Source: Camelus dromedarius
Lineage: Eukaryota
NCBI RefSeq assembly: GCF_036321535.1
Contig: NC_087447.1
Span: 47,308,001-47,372,000 of the forward strand
DNA length: 64,000 bases
Direction: 5' to 3'
Of this stretch, positions 12,360 to 26,119 are shown in pieces (within the stretch, counting starts at the first letter, position 1; the number at the start of each line of letters is the position of its first letter). Position numbers and translations under genes: made by a program. Under the pieces are notes generated by a model. The model saw only the letters and a program-made list of their open reading frames with translations, searched no databases and was not told where the DNA came from.

Positions 12360-15090
12360 ATACTTACCATTTCTCCCTGCCACAGCCCATTCTAAATTTC
12401 CTGCACCTTCAGCCAGCACTTCAGTTGGTCTAGCTGCTTGCCAAGGGGATGACCTAGACTTTTGTCCCTGAGGGATCTGAGCCCTTGGTGGCCTTGCCTT
12501 TGTCAGGCCAAGGATGCCTCGGTCACCCAGGCAGTGTTATTACTGAGCACAGAAACACCAAGAAGCATCCCAGGGAATCTGAGCTCCACACACTCTCCTT
12601 TCTGCCCCACTAGGTGTCAGTAGCCCTGCTTCTTCATGATAGTCAAGGTTGATTCCACCCTGCCACCCTTGTAAACCCATTTTTGCCTTCAGAGCCACTG
12701 GTATAGAGATTCAAAGTGACCAGGTGGCAGTTGTAGCCTTAGGTTAAGTGGAAGCCTCCTGTGTTCCTTGGTGAAGAGCTCACCCCTCCCTGGCAACTAG
12801 GGCTTCTTTCCAGCAGAGCCTAAAGTGGTAAGAAAACAAAGCAAAACTTTTTGCAAGTGAGTCACTGGAGATGACGGTAAGAGGGGCCTCTTCTTCTTCT
12901 ACCCTTTGGTTCCCAGACTTCTGTATTCCAATGGATGAAGGCAGAGCACCACATAACAGCCATTGGTTCAACACATACTGTATATCCTCCAGGACAGCAC
13001 TTGACCCCACAAGGAGTCATCCCCAGGCTAGCACCCTCACTGAGACTTTCAGGCCAGGCACTTTCAGGTGACACATTCTACAGGAGGCCCGGTGGATCCC
13101 GTGAGAATGTACCCATTCTGCACACACCTTCTGCATCATAAGATGGGGCCCTTAGGGTGAGGCAGGGTGAGACCGAGGGCTTTAACAGGAAATCAGGCAC
13201 ACCGTCAGCTCTGTGCTGAGACCCTGGAGGCTGGGAAGGCAAACCTATCCCCACAGCTAGTTTTAAGTTCCTGGAAGAAGAACCACTTTCCCTTCCAGGT
13301 TAGAAGGGATCGGATAGAATCAACTTGCTTGATCTTCCTGAGGGATGGAACTGCACTGGGGACTGTGAGTGGCAAGTTAGAGAATCAGCAGAGGCAGTAG
13401 CTGGAACAGCCTTGGTGAGCAGGAACCCATATAGTTGGGCCAGTGTGTAGCCTCTATGCCTTTCACCATGACTACCCCATTCGTGGGTCCATTGCTCCAG
13501 CACTGGAGGGGCTCAAGACAGAGGATGGCTGACATCCGCCAGAGAAATCGTCCTGTCCCCCAGGCTGTGGAGTGCTACCTCTGAGGTAGATGCTTCCTAG
13601 TGAACACTGACATGAGACATAAACGTCTCCACACTTGTACCCACCCCTATAGGTCATTCGCGTGCCTCTTCCCCCATCTTCCCACGGTGCTTCTTTTAGG
13701 CCCCTGACCAGCCAGCCAGTGGTTCACCACTGCTTAGAAGCATAGATTGCTACCTTTGGCCACTTCTCACTCCATCAAATGCTCGCAATGGAAATTAGTG
13801 CTCAGAGCTCCGCCCATTAGGAGGATTTTCCTTCTCTATTGCCTTTTAGGGCCACCACTGCCTAGGGCTTTAGTGTGTCAATAGTCATATCAACTGGTAG
13901 GTGAACCTACCCATGCATGAACTAGGCCAAGATGTTTTCTTTCTTCATCATCTGGTCATAGGGAAGCCCCCACAAGGCCCTAAGTGTGAGCTGCAGGAGA
14001 GGCATCAGTGCAACAGATTACATGACATGGGCCACCTCATTTGTGCCTGCTAGACTTCCTCAGGCCTGAATGTACCCTTTTCATCATACAGTGGGTTGCT
14101 ACTGCACCTGCCTGACTTTATTATGACTTGATGGACGTGACAATATCCAGCCCATGATAGGCAGCTCCTGTCTCATAATCACTTGGTGTCTGTTCCCTGG
14201 TCAGCCTCTACTGGCGCCCAGTTGTCCATCAGGAGTGGCTTTTCGAAGGTACGGTTCTTTGATGCAGAAGGCATGGCCTAGTTAGAGGATCCGTGCCATG
14301 CATCTCCTCTTGGGGCTTGCCAGAGACTCCACCCAGCATCCCTATATCATGGGGATTAGATGTCTCTAACACTATAGCCAAGTGGCGGAGCAACTTGTAC
14401 TGCAGCCTGGTCCTCACGCAGAGTCCTCTCTTCCTGTGGGCCTCACACGAAATTGGTAGACTTCTGACTACTTGATTAATGGATTGGAGTATTATTCTCA
14501 ATGTGTCATATGCTGCCTCCAAAGTCCAAAGGACCCATGAAACACGTATACTTTGCTTATTAGCAATGAGGAGTACAGGTGATAATTTGTTTTTGACCCT
14601 AGAGGAGATGTCCCAGCGTGCCTCAGACCACTTAAAACTTTCACCTTTGTAGTAGGTTCCTGAATCTTTGTGGAGTTTATTGCCCATCCTCTGGCACATG
14701 TATGTCTCATTAGGACATTCAGAGTAACACCATATTTCTGTTCACCCGGTGCACTTAGCATGATGTCATTAATATAGTAGACCAGAGTGGTGTTCGGTAT
14801 AAAGTCAGGATGACTGAGGTCTTTGCAGACTACACTGTGACAGAGAGCAGGAGTTATCATACTCTTGGGGCAGGACCATGAATATTACTGTTCTTCCCAT
14901 ATACATCTGAAATGCTCTTGGTTCTCCTTACTAACGGGGACTGAGAACACACTGACAGATCCAACATGATCTAGCATGATCTAAATGGTTTTTGCAGATA
15001 TTAATACAGGTGGATTACATGGGGTTGGGGATTTAATGGGAGCCATCACCCCTGTATCCTGTAAGTCTTTAAAGGAGACATTAATTTCTG
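12360..15090 (-). mobile_element. Decayed ERV-L internal pol region (RT, RNase H and integrase remnants)
   Basis: Minus-strand fragments TLVYYINDIML (ERV-L RT YIDD region), GWAINSTKIQ and WTHEWGSHGERHRGYTLAQ (integrase N-terminus); many stops and frameshifts. Confidence 0.85.
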
Positions 15091-18000
15091 AGCCCAAACA
15101 AATTGCCAACCTACAGATTCAGGAACTAAGTAAGTGGTTCTAGTTTTACACTACTAAATTCGGGGCATGGTTGTCATGTAGCAAAAGCTGCATTGGATAT
15201 GCAGGCTGGGAATATAGAAATCTGAACACGGCATTTAGATGAGACTTTCCTGGGAAATTATGTAGAGGAAGAACAGCTTGAGACCCCCCGAAGTCACCAT
15301 TACCAAACTACGTGCAGTGATTCCTATCTCAGAAAATGGCACCACTATCTACTCAGGCACCCAAACTGGACACATCATGCCTTTCATGACCTGGCCCCAC
15401 CAACCTCATCTCTCTCCTTCAGGCACCCTAGTATAGGGAGTATCCAGCAAAACAGACTTTCTGATGCTCCCTACATGCACTATGCCCTCTTCCCACCACC
15501 ATGCCTTTGCCCACACACTTCCTCCTATCTGGGATACCCTCTGCAGCCCCTTCCTCATACATTTACCTGCCATTTCCACCTCATACATCACTACTTCTGG
15601 GGAGCCTTCCTTGACCATCCCTGGCCAGGATTTAGATTCTCCTTGTCCCATATCTTCCTATGCACAGCACACTGCACACATCATGGGGTGACTGCTTTAT
15701 CTCCGCCAGTTCTTCAGTCCTCCCCCCAACTCCACCTTTGTGGCCCTGAAGGGCGTGGATTGTGTCTTTTACATTTATGTATAATCAAGAACTTAGCATC
15801 TCCATGACAACAAAGAAAGCTAAGCAGGGTCCTGCTTGGCATGGGGAGATTTCAGAATGGCCAGTCTGAGAAAATGACAAGTCATTATTTTTTCTCTTTT
15901 CCTTTGAAAGAGCATATAGCAATCACTGTTGATGGGCTAATATAACACTCATTCTCAAACCACTTCTTCTTTGTCCACTTAACTACAGAGGCTGGAAAAC
16001 CCAAACTATTGTCTCAGGCTCCCTTATATTTAGTGTGGCCAATATGGTGAAGCAGAAGTCTGCTAGAGGCTTCTGGGAAATCTTTTGCTTTTCAGATCAA
16101 AAGGACACATGGGCTGGCCTCACCCCTATCTCCCATCTTCCTGCCAGAAACATAGATGTGAAGCCTGAAACTTCACCAGCCACCTTGTACCACGAGGTAC
16201 TAAGGGCGCCAGAGGAGGAAGCCACCACAAGTCCAAGCCTCTGATGGCATCTCAGAAGCACTGCCCCAGCCTCGGGCTGCCTGCCTCCAGACCTCTCCTT
16301 GGGTGAGATAATTAAGTGGTCTGACTGTTTAAGACACTGCCTGTCAGGTGTTCTGTGGCAGAGCAGAAAGCAGTTCTAACGGATACAGAGTATATAGAGC
16401 AGTGGGAACTAACTGCTGGAAGAGAGTTCGGAGTCAAGATCATGCTGGAACCAGTATTAAAGATAAACCCATCAATTAAGGAATAAATGGGGTTGTTGTT
16501 TTTCAATTCAGCTCCTGGTTCTGTGGGGGAGACTTGGAAACAAGAGATGTAGCCTCTGTTCTTAAAGTGTTTACAGTCAAGTGGGAGGTGGTTGGATGAA
16601 ATAGCACGCTGAACAGCATGCCATCAAGAGCTGGGTTTTATAAAGCTTGGGGGACGAGGACGCTCAGCTAAAGGGAAGTGGCTCAAAAGGGGAAGGTTTC
16701 CTGGAGGCTGAGGGGCTTGAGCCTCAGAAGATAAGTGGGATTGGTTGACTTACTATTAGCCCATCCGGGATCTCTGCCGCGGGGTATGAGGATGCTCCTG
16801 GAGCTACCTGCTGAGAAGCCCTGAGCACCCAGCGGAGGCTCATTAAGTTTTAATGCCTTCTGCGTCTCCATCCAAGGTGGTTTAAAAAGATGTTTTCCTC
16901 TCTCTCAGATTCATTTATTCAACACGTATATATGGAGCCTTTACTCTGGATGAGGAACTGCAATGCGTACAACTATGGGCAGTGCACACACAGCACCTGA
17001 CCTGAGAGAGCTTCCGTTCCAATGAGGGAGAGAGATGACAGATAAAGGGAAAACACAGGGCTGGAGGGGGCAGGATTAACCAACTCGGCACCAGGCAGCT
17101 TCCCTCCCTTCTTTAGGCTCCTGCCTTCCCAGATTGGTTATACGTCTGGGTTCCTTTGGCCCATGACTCGTTAGGCACCCCGCTTCCTAGAGTCCACAGG
17201 AAGTGGCCTGGAAGGACACATGCTGTGGGTGCTGTGTTCATCCTCCATGCCCAGGCCACCCCCATGTTGCTGCAGCCTGCAAGCCTCTGCCATTTCTTTC
17301 TGTCCCTCCAGGCTAATCCCTCTGTACCACCGCCTCCATCTCCCTTCCTGCATCACACGTACATCGTGGGCCACAGCTTAGCTCCATCCTGCCCTCATTC
17401 TTCCTGATGTGCCAGGCCACTGCCCCTGCCAACACACCGTCACACTGCTCTAATCTGCAGGGGAGAGCACTGCTCCTTCATCCTAAGGAGCACCTCACTT
17501 CCTCCTCTCCCTGGGAAACCCTCCTCTTCATCCGGAGCTGGGTGATCACACAGTTGATCATCCCAAACTGGGACACAGTGAAGAGGGAAAGCAGGCACTA
17601 TTAACACATCAGACAACAGGCAAACCAAGGTATGTGGTCTCCTATCCAGAGCCCAATGCTGAGGTCAGATGCTCCAGACAGACTCTCCCTCTGTTACCTC
17701 ACCATTTCCAAAACTGTGTTCTGTGGAACACCTGGGAGAGATCAACAGGGCTCCTCAAAAACAGAAAAAAACTAAAAATTCCACATTGAAATGATTTTGA
17801 AAAACTGAATTAACCCAAGATGAATGTGAATTGGCAAGACTGTAACATGTCATGTCTCCCAAGCCCATTTGACCATATAATCCTTGGGCAGAGAGCATCT
17901 CATGGAAGTAACATACTTTGAGAAATACTGTTCTACACAAAGGGAATTATTCCCAGAGTTTGTCTTCTCTCTGTCCTAATGTTTAGTATTAAGAAATGAA

Positions 18001-18582
18001 CACCAGGGTGGAGATGGGCTCATACCCAGCTCTGCCTCTTTCCAGCTGGTTGCCATTTTGCAGCAGGCTGCTTGTTGGCAGCAGGTAACAGAAATCAGTA
18101 GGTATTATAGCTCATCACTCTCAAAACAACAACTCCTGAGCTAAGTCCCTCCAACCCAGCAGTGTCCTCAATGACCCAGGTGTTTTCCATTTGTTTGCCC
18201 TGCCATCTTTAGCTTGTTGCTTATCTCCTCTCATGGTCACAGTGATGGCTCCATCCAAATCCAAGCATAGCACATAGAAACAAAGACATTCAGTGAAGAA
18301 AGGCTTGTCCTCCCACATATGTCCTTACCATTTATTCTTAGCAAGGAGAAAGTTTTCCAGATGCCCCACCACATACACACACACATATCCCTGTAGAAGT
18401 TTCCTCAGTTCTCTGTGGCTAAGTAGGGTGACCAACCTACCCAGTCTGCCCAGGACTGATGTGTTTCCTAGGAATCAGTCCTAATAGTACTAAAACCAGG
18501 ACACTCCTGGGCAACTTGAATGAGTTCATAGCTGGGACCATATGGGAACCACATGACTGCTTAAATCAATCATTGCATAGGG

Positions 18583-18622
18583 GAATGGACTTACCCTTGA
18601 TTGAATGGACTTACCCTTGATT
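18583..18622. repeat. Perfect 20-bp tandem duplication within an MLT1-like remnant
   Basis: gaatggacttacccttgatt x2. Confidence 0.9.
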
Positions 18623-20016
18623 AGTTTAGACTAATCAAGATTTACATTCAAGGCAAGAGAGGGAGCCAGCTTTCCTGAATGCAGAATGATGAACACCCAA
18701 ACAAAACCTAGTTCCTTACAATGAAGAAGGAGGGAAATGCTGTCGGGGAGGCAATCAGCAGGACTGCCTTTTCTGTAAATTGAGATACAGTGATTAGTCT
18801 CCCCTCATGATGTCGTAGTAAGGACTAGATAGAATGACATAAGAGTGTCTTACATACAGAACTCATAATGGTATCTTTTAAGCACTTACTGTGTGCCAAG
18901 CACTACGCTAAAGACATGACATGTGTTGTCACTATATCCTTACAACATTCTAGGAACTGGGGATGTAAATCCCAAGTTACAGATGTTGCTGAGACATAAA
19001 GAGGTTAATGATTTGCCCAAGGACATACAACTAGAAAGCTGCTGAGCCAGGTCTCAAACCAAGTCTGCCGAACACCATGATGCCCATCTTAATCCCTCTA
19101 CCCCGCTGCCTTGCAGTTGGGCACTGACTGTGAATTTCCTTCCCTTTAATCTCCAGCACCTGGCACAGAGCCCTGCATACAGCAAGCACTTATTAAATAG
19201 TTTTTGAATGAGTAGATGGTAATGGTAGATGACATCCCTCAACCATAGGGTTTACAAAGAACAATTGCCTGATTTTAGGATTTTCTCCCCCAAATTTGGC
19301 CCTCTTCCAGGGATCCTTCTCCCAGCAAATGGCACCACCATCTATCCATTTGCACAAACCAGAAAACTAAGAGTTACCATCAGCCCATCTCTCTCCCTCC
19401 CACACACCATATCCAACCCATCACCAAGGCTACCTCTCAAATCTGTGCATTTCTTTCCATCTTCCGTGACCTTGGCCCATGTTTCTATCATGTTCTCATC
19501 TGAAGTGCTGTGAGAGCTCCCTCACCGTTCTGCCCACAGCACTGAAGCCATCCTCCAGTCTCTTCCCTGTGCCACAGCCAGAGTGGGTGTCTCCATTTCT
19601 GACCAGGCCACCTGCCTACTGAAAACCCTTAATGTTCATTCCTTTGGGGATAAAGCTTAAACTGCCTCACACAGCCTGGTCTCTGCCTGCCTCCCTTGCC
19701 TCGTCTTAACACACAATCCCCTCAGTCTCATATTCTCCTAGCCACCCCCTCCCCTGACCCTCCTGAAGTCTCTCCTTGTGGTGCCTCCTCCTGCCATGGG
19801 ACCCCTGCACACACTGTTCCCTCCCCTCTTTGCCTAGTTAACTCTTACTCACCTCAGGCCTTAGCCCGGGCTTCCTTCCTTCTGTTAAAGCCCTGCTGAC
19901 CACTGTGATGTCAGATTCCCACCCCCAATGCTGTCAGAGGCTCTGGTAGCACCATCTACTTTTCCTTAATGGCCCAGTTGGCACAGTCACGGTTTAACAT
20001 TCACTTGTGTTTGTCT

Positions 20017-20466
20017 TGTTACTGACTCGGGTCCTTAGACTCTTTAATTAACAGAAATTGGTTAAAGTCCAGACGAGGAGTTCAGGCAAGACTTTATTGG
20101 GATATTGCTGTAGCACGAGGGAGCGAATACAAGTAACAGGTGCCCTTACTTGCTCTTGGCGGTGGGGGGGCTGGTTCCTTAAATAGGTTTGGGAGGGGAT
20201 CGGTGGGTCGGGTCGGAGGGGTAGTTTAGGTAGACCGCCCACCCTCTTGGTGGTGCTGAGTGCAGGGATCATGCACAGTGCCCTCTATTGCTCCAAGTAT
20301 CTCCTAAATGGCAGTGGGTTTGTGGCCTTTTCCTATTTTATTGTTCCTAATTGCCCTGACTGCGTGTGTAGTTACTAGTCGTTTCCTTGCAGTCTGTTGC
20401 TGGAGGAGGCGTTTGTCCAGGCGCAAGCACTCCAGTGAAGGGCCCCAGGCCCCAGGCCCCATCTCA
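20017..20466 (-). mobile_element. Solo LTR retaining CpGs (relatively young)
   Basis: TGTTAC...TCTCA termini; minus-strand AATAAA at ~20093-98; approximate TSD gtct/gttt. Confidence 0.65.
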
Positions 20467-20809
20467 GTTTGTCTGTCCATCTATAAGCTTGGTGTCTGGT
20501 TACACTGATCTCTCCGCAGTCTCTCCAATGCCCAGCTGGGGACGGCATAGAGTATGTTTTCAACAAATGTGTGTTTAATTCATTCATTCATTAACTAGTT
20601 GATTAATCAATTAATTAACATTCCACCCAGGTTACTACGACCTCCAGTAGGGCAGGGTCCTGCCTTAGTGCTTCTGCACCACCACCAGCCCCCACAGCTT
20701 GCCCAGGGCTGGGCCTGGGGAAGTGTGTGATGAACGCTCTGAGTGAGAGTGACCACGTGGTGGACGGGATGGGAGTGCTTGTACCCTGACCCCTGCCTCA
20801 CCCACTGGG

Positions 20810-21757
20810 TTGTTTCCTTGGGCAGTCATAACAAAGTACAGCAACTGGGGAGGCGTCAAACAACAGAAATGTATTGTCTCACGGTTCTGGAGGCCAAAAG
20901 TCTGAAATCACAGTGTTGGCAGGGCTGTGCTCTCTCTGAAGGCTCTGGGGGAAGATCTTCCCTTGACTCTTTCCTGGCTTCTGTGGCTGCTAGCAATCTT
21001 TGGCATTGCTTGGCTGTGGCAGCATGGTAACAGGGAAGAAGAAATCTGACTCCATATTAGATCTGTTCCTTTAGCTCTAACCCTGTGCTCTGTTTCTGGT
21101 GCTGAGTCATGCTGGTTCTGCACCTTTCGTAAAAGAATGTTTGCCTATAACCTGAAATACACAGGAGAACCCATTCTCAAGGCTCTGACCTTTAAGGGTG
21201 TAACACTTTTCTGTTCGTATAGAGAGAAAAAGTTGCGGAACAGAGGATAACACTTGTCTTGTTGGAGGTTTACAGGGACACCACCACCTGACTGACCTAC
21301 ATGGATAGCTGTAAGAATGAAGGATTCTGATGCCACAAAGTTTGCAACAATGAACCACAACCCATTCCATTTTTAATATAAAAAGAAGCCTGAATTCTGA
21401 CTTGGGAAGATGGTTCTCCAGGACATTAGTCTGCCATCTTCTGGGTCTGCCAGCTTTCCAAATAAAGTTTCAAATAAATTCCTTGCCCCAACACCTCGTC
21501 TCCCGATTTACTGGCCTGCCTTGCAGTGAGCCAAATGAGTTTGGACTTGGTAATAGCATCATTCCAATCTTTGCCTCTGTCTTCACATGGCCTTCTTCCT
21601 GTGTGTCTCTATGTCCAAATTTGCTTCTTTTTATAAGGACCTCATCTTAACTTAATCACATCTGCAAAGACCCTATCTCCTAATAAGGTCATATTCAGAG
21701 GTACCAAGGTTTGGGACTTGAATATATTTTGGGGGGGAAACAATTCAATACACTAAC
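20810..21757 (-). mobile_element. MaLR LTR (MLT1B/C-like) interrupted by an ERV1-class LTR at ~21025-21555 (+)
   Basis: MLT1 hallmarks 'aacaacagaaat...tctcacggttctggaggc' and 'cacatctgcaaagaccctat'; the inner element ends tttggacttggtaa and has AATAAA. Confidence 0.75.
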
Positions 21758-24234
21758 CCCAAATGCCACAGTAACCTCTTTCGAATTATTTTGAACCTGC
21801 CCTTTCTGTAGCTGAAGCGAAAGCCTTCTTCCTGGGACCACTACCCCGGCCCCTAGCCTTTGCCAAAGATGAAGTTATGTTTCTCATTTTCCTGTTTCCT
21901 CCAGAAACGCACCCTGACAAAAGCCTGCAATTCCCCAGCTGGCAGCTTTGACAGTGGCCAAAGGCTGTCACGCCCTTTCTCATTTAATCTTCACAACAGC
22001 CTCAAGAAGGTTTACTCTTCCTCCCATTTTATAGATGGGGAAATTGAGACTCGGGGAAGGGGGAAGGGAAGGGCCACACTCAGTCTCACAGCAGGGAACC
22101 AGCAGAGCAGAGACTTGACCCAGGTCTACCTGATGCCAGACACCACATCCTTCACTTCCTGTCTCTACCACCCAGCTGCTTTCCTTGATGGGACACCTGC
22201 CAGCTGTCAGGAGAGCCCAGGTAAACCCATCTAGCAACTTAGAAGAGTGTTGTGAAAAAACTGGTAAGAGATACGAGAAAACGCAAAATTAGGGGTCTGG
22301 GTTTGGTCACTAGAAGAACCCAGGAAGGAGTCACAGGTCACATGAAGAGACAAGAAGAGATGCTTAGGGGCAGTTTGGGGTGACATTTCTTTAGGGAGGA
22401 ATTTTCCATTAGTGATTGTTTTAAATTGATTTGATGATGATAGAATATAAATTCAGTTATTTTGCCCTGCCCTACTTTTATAATGCCCCACTCTTGGTGA
22501 ATATCATTTTGCATCCGGTAGCCTGCCGGTGTTCTAGAAGCCAGTTTGTTCTGATTGATATTCAGCGCTAGTCATGCAAGCATGATTCCACTATGAACAT
22601 GGTTTCCTCTGAGGGGATACCTGACTGTTTGTTAGGCAGGCATGGTTTTCCTGAGAAGACTATTTTCTTCAGCTGAAGTAGTAAGTCGTGCGTGTCGGTG
22701 ATGACTACTGAGATACCCCTCGAGATATGCAGGTCAGCCCCAGGTCCCCTGTGGCATGCAGTCACTCGGGTTGGATTTATAATGCCTAACATTTCATTTA
22801 AGCAGTCAATACGTTTGCTGATTGCCTACTCTGTCTTAGGCTCCGTGTTGGGTACTTGTTTCTCCCCTCAGGGAGCTCATGTTTTCTTAGGGGAGATGAA
22901 CAGTTACAACCAATGGGATCAGTGCTTCAAAAGAACTGTCAGTTGAGGTCCTTAGTTGTATATGCCATAATCCACACAGGTTTAAGCAGAAGGAAAAAAA
23001 AATCAGGCTCAGTGCTACACAGCTAAAGGCCAGAGACAATGCAGCCAGCCAACACACCCATCCACACCACGGGAATTTTCTAGTGGAAATATCATCACCC
23101 TGCCACTTGTTGCTCGGCACCTATGTGAGGGGCTGGCTGTTAGAAACTCCTTCATGGATGCCCCTAGAACACTCAGACACCCCCAACACAGCTGCTTTCC
23201 AGGTGATCTTATCTACCGGCACGCAGACCTCAATGCCTGTACGTACTGCCACCTCCGCGTCGTATCAGGAACACCTTCTATATGGAAACCAGGTTACATG
23301 TGAAACCCACGTGGACTGTGGGAAATGTTACATTAGTTTAGTTACTTTAGTTTCCCAGCCTCTATAACAGAGGAAGGCAATCTAGAATCTAGACTTGGAA
23401 ACTGGATGTTTGCATCCGGAATTCAGGAAAGATATACAGACCAGTGAGCTGGGCCTGATCACCGAGGGTTCACCCAGGTGCAAAGACTGGGGAGGATGGT
23501 GATTCAGACCAGACACAAGGGTGCTTCCACTTTGGTTCGTCACCGAAACAGCAAATGAGCTGGTAGAAATAGAGATACAAGTGGGAAGGTCGCCCCTGGT
23601 GCCTCCCTATCTCCTCATACAGGTGCACTTGAAGCCTAGTGGTCAAAGAGTAAGAAACCTGCAAGGGCAGGGGAACCCTGGCTGCCTGCGAGCTCTTCTT
23701 TATTCTGTTGGGCTGGAACTCAGCATTCGGGGATCTACGTACTGTCATGAAGGGAATCCCCCTTCAATGGGAAATCCAAACTCCTATTCTGAAATGGAGA
23801 AGTTCTGAACAGTGAGGTACTAGCCTGTTCTGCATTAAAATGTAACTGTTGACTGAGGCAAAATTTAGAGCAACAGAGAAAGTAGTTTTTCCTTCTCATT
23901 GGCCATCAGACAAAGGGTAGAAAGTTTTGATTCCAGGTAAGGATGTCTGGTCAAGGACAGATCCTTGGGTTGTAGATCAGGAGCTAAGGAGAGAGACCAT
24001 CCCTGGTGATCCTTCTCCTCTCCTGAGGAGGGGTGTGCATTTGAACCCCAAGGACAATAATCTAGTGGTGGATTTAAAATATTTCCCCACCTCTGCATCA
24101 TTATTTCTTTCCTGTTATCCCAGGAATTCAGTAAAATTTTGTAGAACTTTCTTAGCATGCATTGAATTATGAGAAGTGACTTATCCACACCTGATGAAGA
24201 TTGAATTGAGAAAAGGGAAAATCATCACAGATTC

Positions 24235-25215
24235 AGAACACATTATGAATCTCAAGCAGGCTAAACACAGAGGAAAGTATACCTAAGCACATTGCAGTAA
24301 AACTGCTGAAAACCAAAAACAAAGGTAAAATCATAAAAGCAGTCAGAAAAAGAGATGCATTACTTTCAGACATGATAACAAGACTGGTAGCTGACTTACC
24401 AGAAGCAATGAAAGTCAAAAAAGGAATAGAATGCTACCTTCAAAGTGCTAAAACACTACCTAACCTAGAATTCAGTAGCTTCAAAAACATCTTTCAAGAA
24501 CAAAAGGAAAACAAAGACATTTTCAAACAGGTAAGAACCAGGAGAATTCAGCAGCAGGAGACCTACACTAAAAGGAAATACTGAAAGTGTTTTCAGATAG
24601 AGAGGAATGGTCCGGAGGGAAACTAGAAGATATATATCAGTGGTAGAAGTAGATGAATAAAGATATTCATACAATGGAATACTCAAAAAAAAATATATAA
24701 GAATATGTATATGTAAATGGGAACATTGTTTCCAATAGCCAAAACATTACTATCCAAATGTCTGTCAATATTCATACATGGAGTACTATACCACAATAAA
24801 AGTTAATAAAATAGACTTACACTCCCATCAAAGATGGAATAATAAAGACTGGACACCCTCCTGCCTGAAATAATAATTTAAACAAGGACAAAATGTATGA
24901 AAAAAGGTTTCAAGGCATTGGATACCAGGCAATGAATGGGATCCTTAGAGGCAGAGAACACATGTAAGCCCTACAATTGCCCCTACTGCCTGGAGGGAGT
25001 TTCCAGGCCACCCCACACGGAGGGCGAACCCAGGTGCAGCCTGGAAGTCTCCCTGGGTTGAAGAGATGGAGCTGTGAGTCTGAAGAGGCTAGCTGGCTAG
25101 AGTTTACAGGACAGAGCACCAGAGATGAAAGGGCTGCAGAGAGAGAATTCTGGAGATTTTCAGAGGGTCCCTCTCAAGTGTTAAGCTGAGTTTTTGATCA
25201 ATGCATGCAGTGGAG
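24235..25215 (+). mobile_element. Old L1 (L1M) fragments: ORF1-like (~24235-24620) and 5'-region-like (~24820-25215)
   Basis: A-rich ORF1-like 'acctaagcacattgcagtaaaactgctgaaaaccaaa...aacctagaattc'; degenerate. Confidence 0.7.
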
Positions 25216-25683
25216 TCCAGACTCTGCCATGGTCTATCAATCAACAAACCTGTTCTGAGCACCTACTATCCCTGAGGAGGGATGTGGGAAGCCAGAGCTG
25301 AGGCAGATCTGTTCTTGCCCTTATGGGATTCCTAGCCTAACTGAGGAGAGAAACCACACACACCCAGCAGGCACATCCTGCCCGGGGAGTCTGAGCTGAG
25401 AGCTGGAAGAATGGTTCAGAGCAGACGTGAAGAGGAAAGAGGGTTAGCTGTCCCAACGTGTACCGTCCCCCTCCCTGACCCTGACCCCAGCACTCAGCCA
25501 TGCGGAGACACAGTGATGTGGGAGTCACAAACCAGGTCTCTGGGGCTGCAGCCAGGGTCCTAGTAAAAGTCTGAGGAAGCAAAGACTGCCATCCATGGGA
25601 AGAGGGGAGAGCCCGGGGCCAGGAAGTGGGAGCTGGTGCCCATCCCCACTCTGTTTCTGGATCTTTGTGTGAGCTTAGAGGTC

Positions 25684-26119
25684 TGTTGGGCTGCACCCCC
25701 CAGGCCTACAAGTCTTGTGCTTGCCCAGCTTCAAGATCGAAAAAAAAGCTGGGAGTCAGCAACAGAGACCACAGTGGTTTAATGGATCGGGGGTCTTACA
25801 TGTCTAAGACGAGGACCTGGAGCAACACCCCACTGCGTGTGTGGATGGTGGGCAGGACAGGCGACACCATTGGGGGCTGAGGGAGGTTAGCAAGTTATAG
25901 GGGGAATTGACCTCAGGTTGGCTCATCAGTTACCAGGGAAACCTGCAAAGGGACACACCCCTCACCGCCACTTTGATAAGAATAATCACTAGCTGGGACC
26001 TGGGACCAATATGTAGGAAGGTCAGTCAGGTGACTAGGGCATAAGTGAAGCAGGCACTGGTTGAGCAGGGGATGTACAGAGAACAAGACAACAGCCATCT
26101 TGGGTGGCCTGACCATACA
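25684..26119 (-). mobile_element. Solo LTR (436 bp) inserted into a MIR
   Basis: TG...CA termini; perfect 5-bp TSD AGGTC (25679-83 / 26120-24); minus-strand ATTAAA. Confidence 0.8.

Noticed and set aside
14229..14860. RT-like ORFs as a domesticated retroviral gene
   Set aside because: The catalytic YIDD has become YIND and the frames are broken by stops and frameshifts, consistent with neutral ERV-L decay
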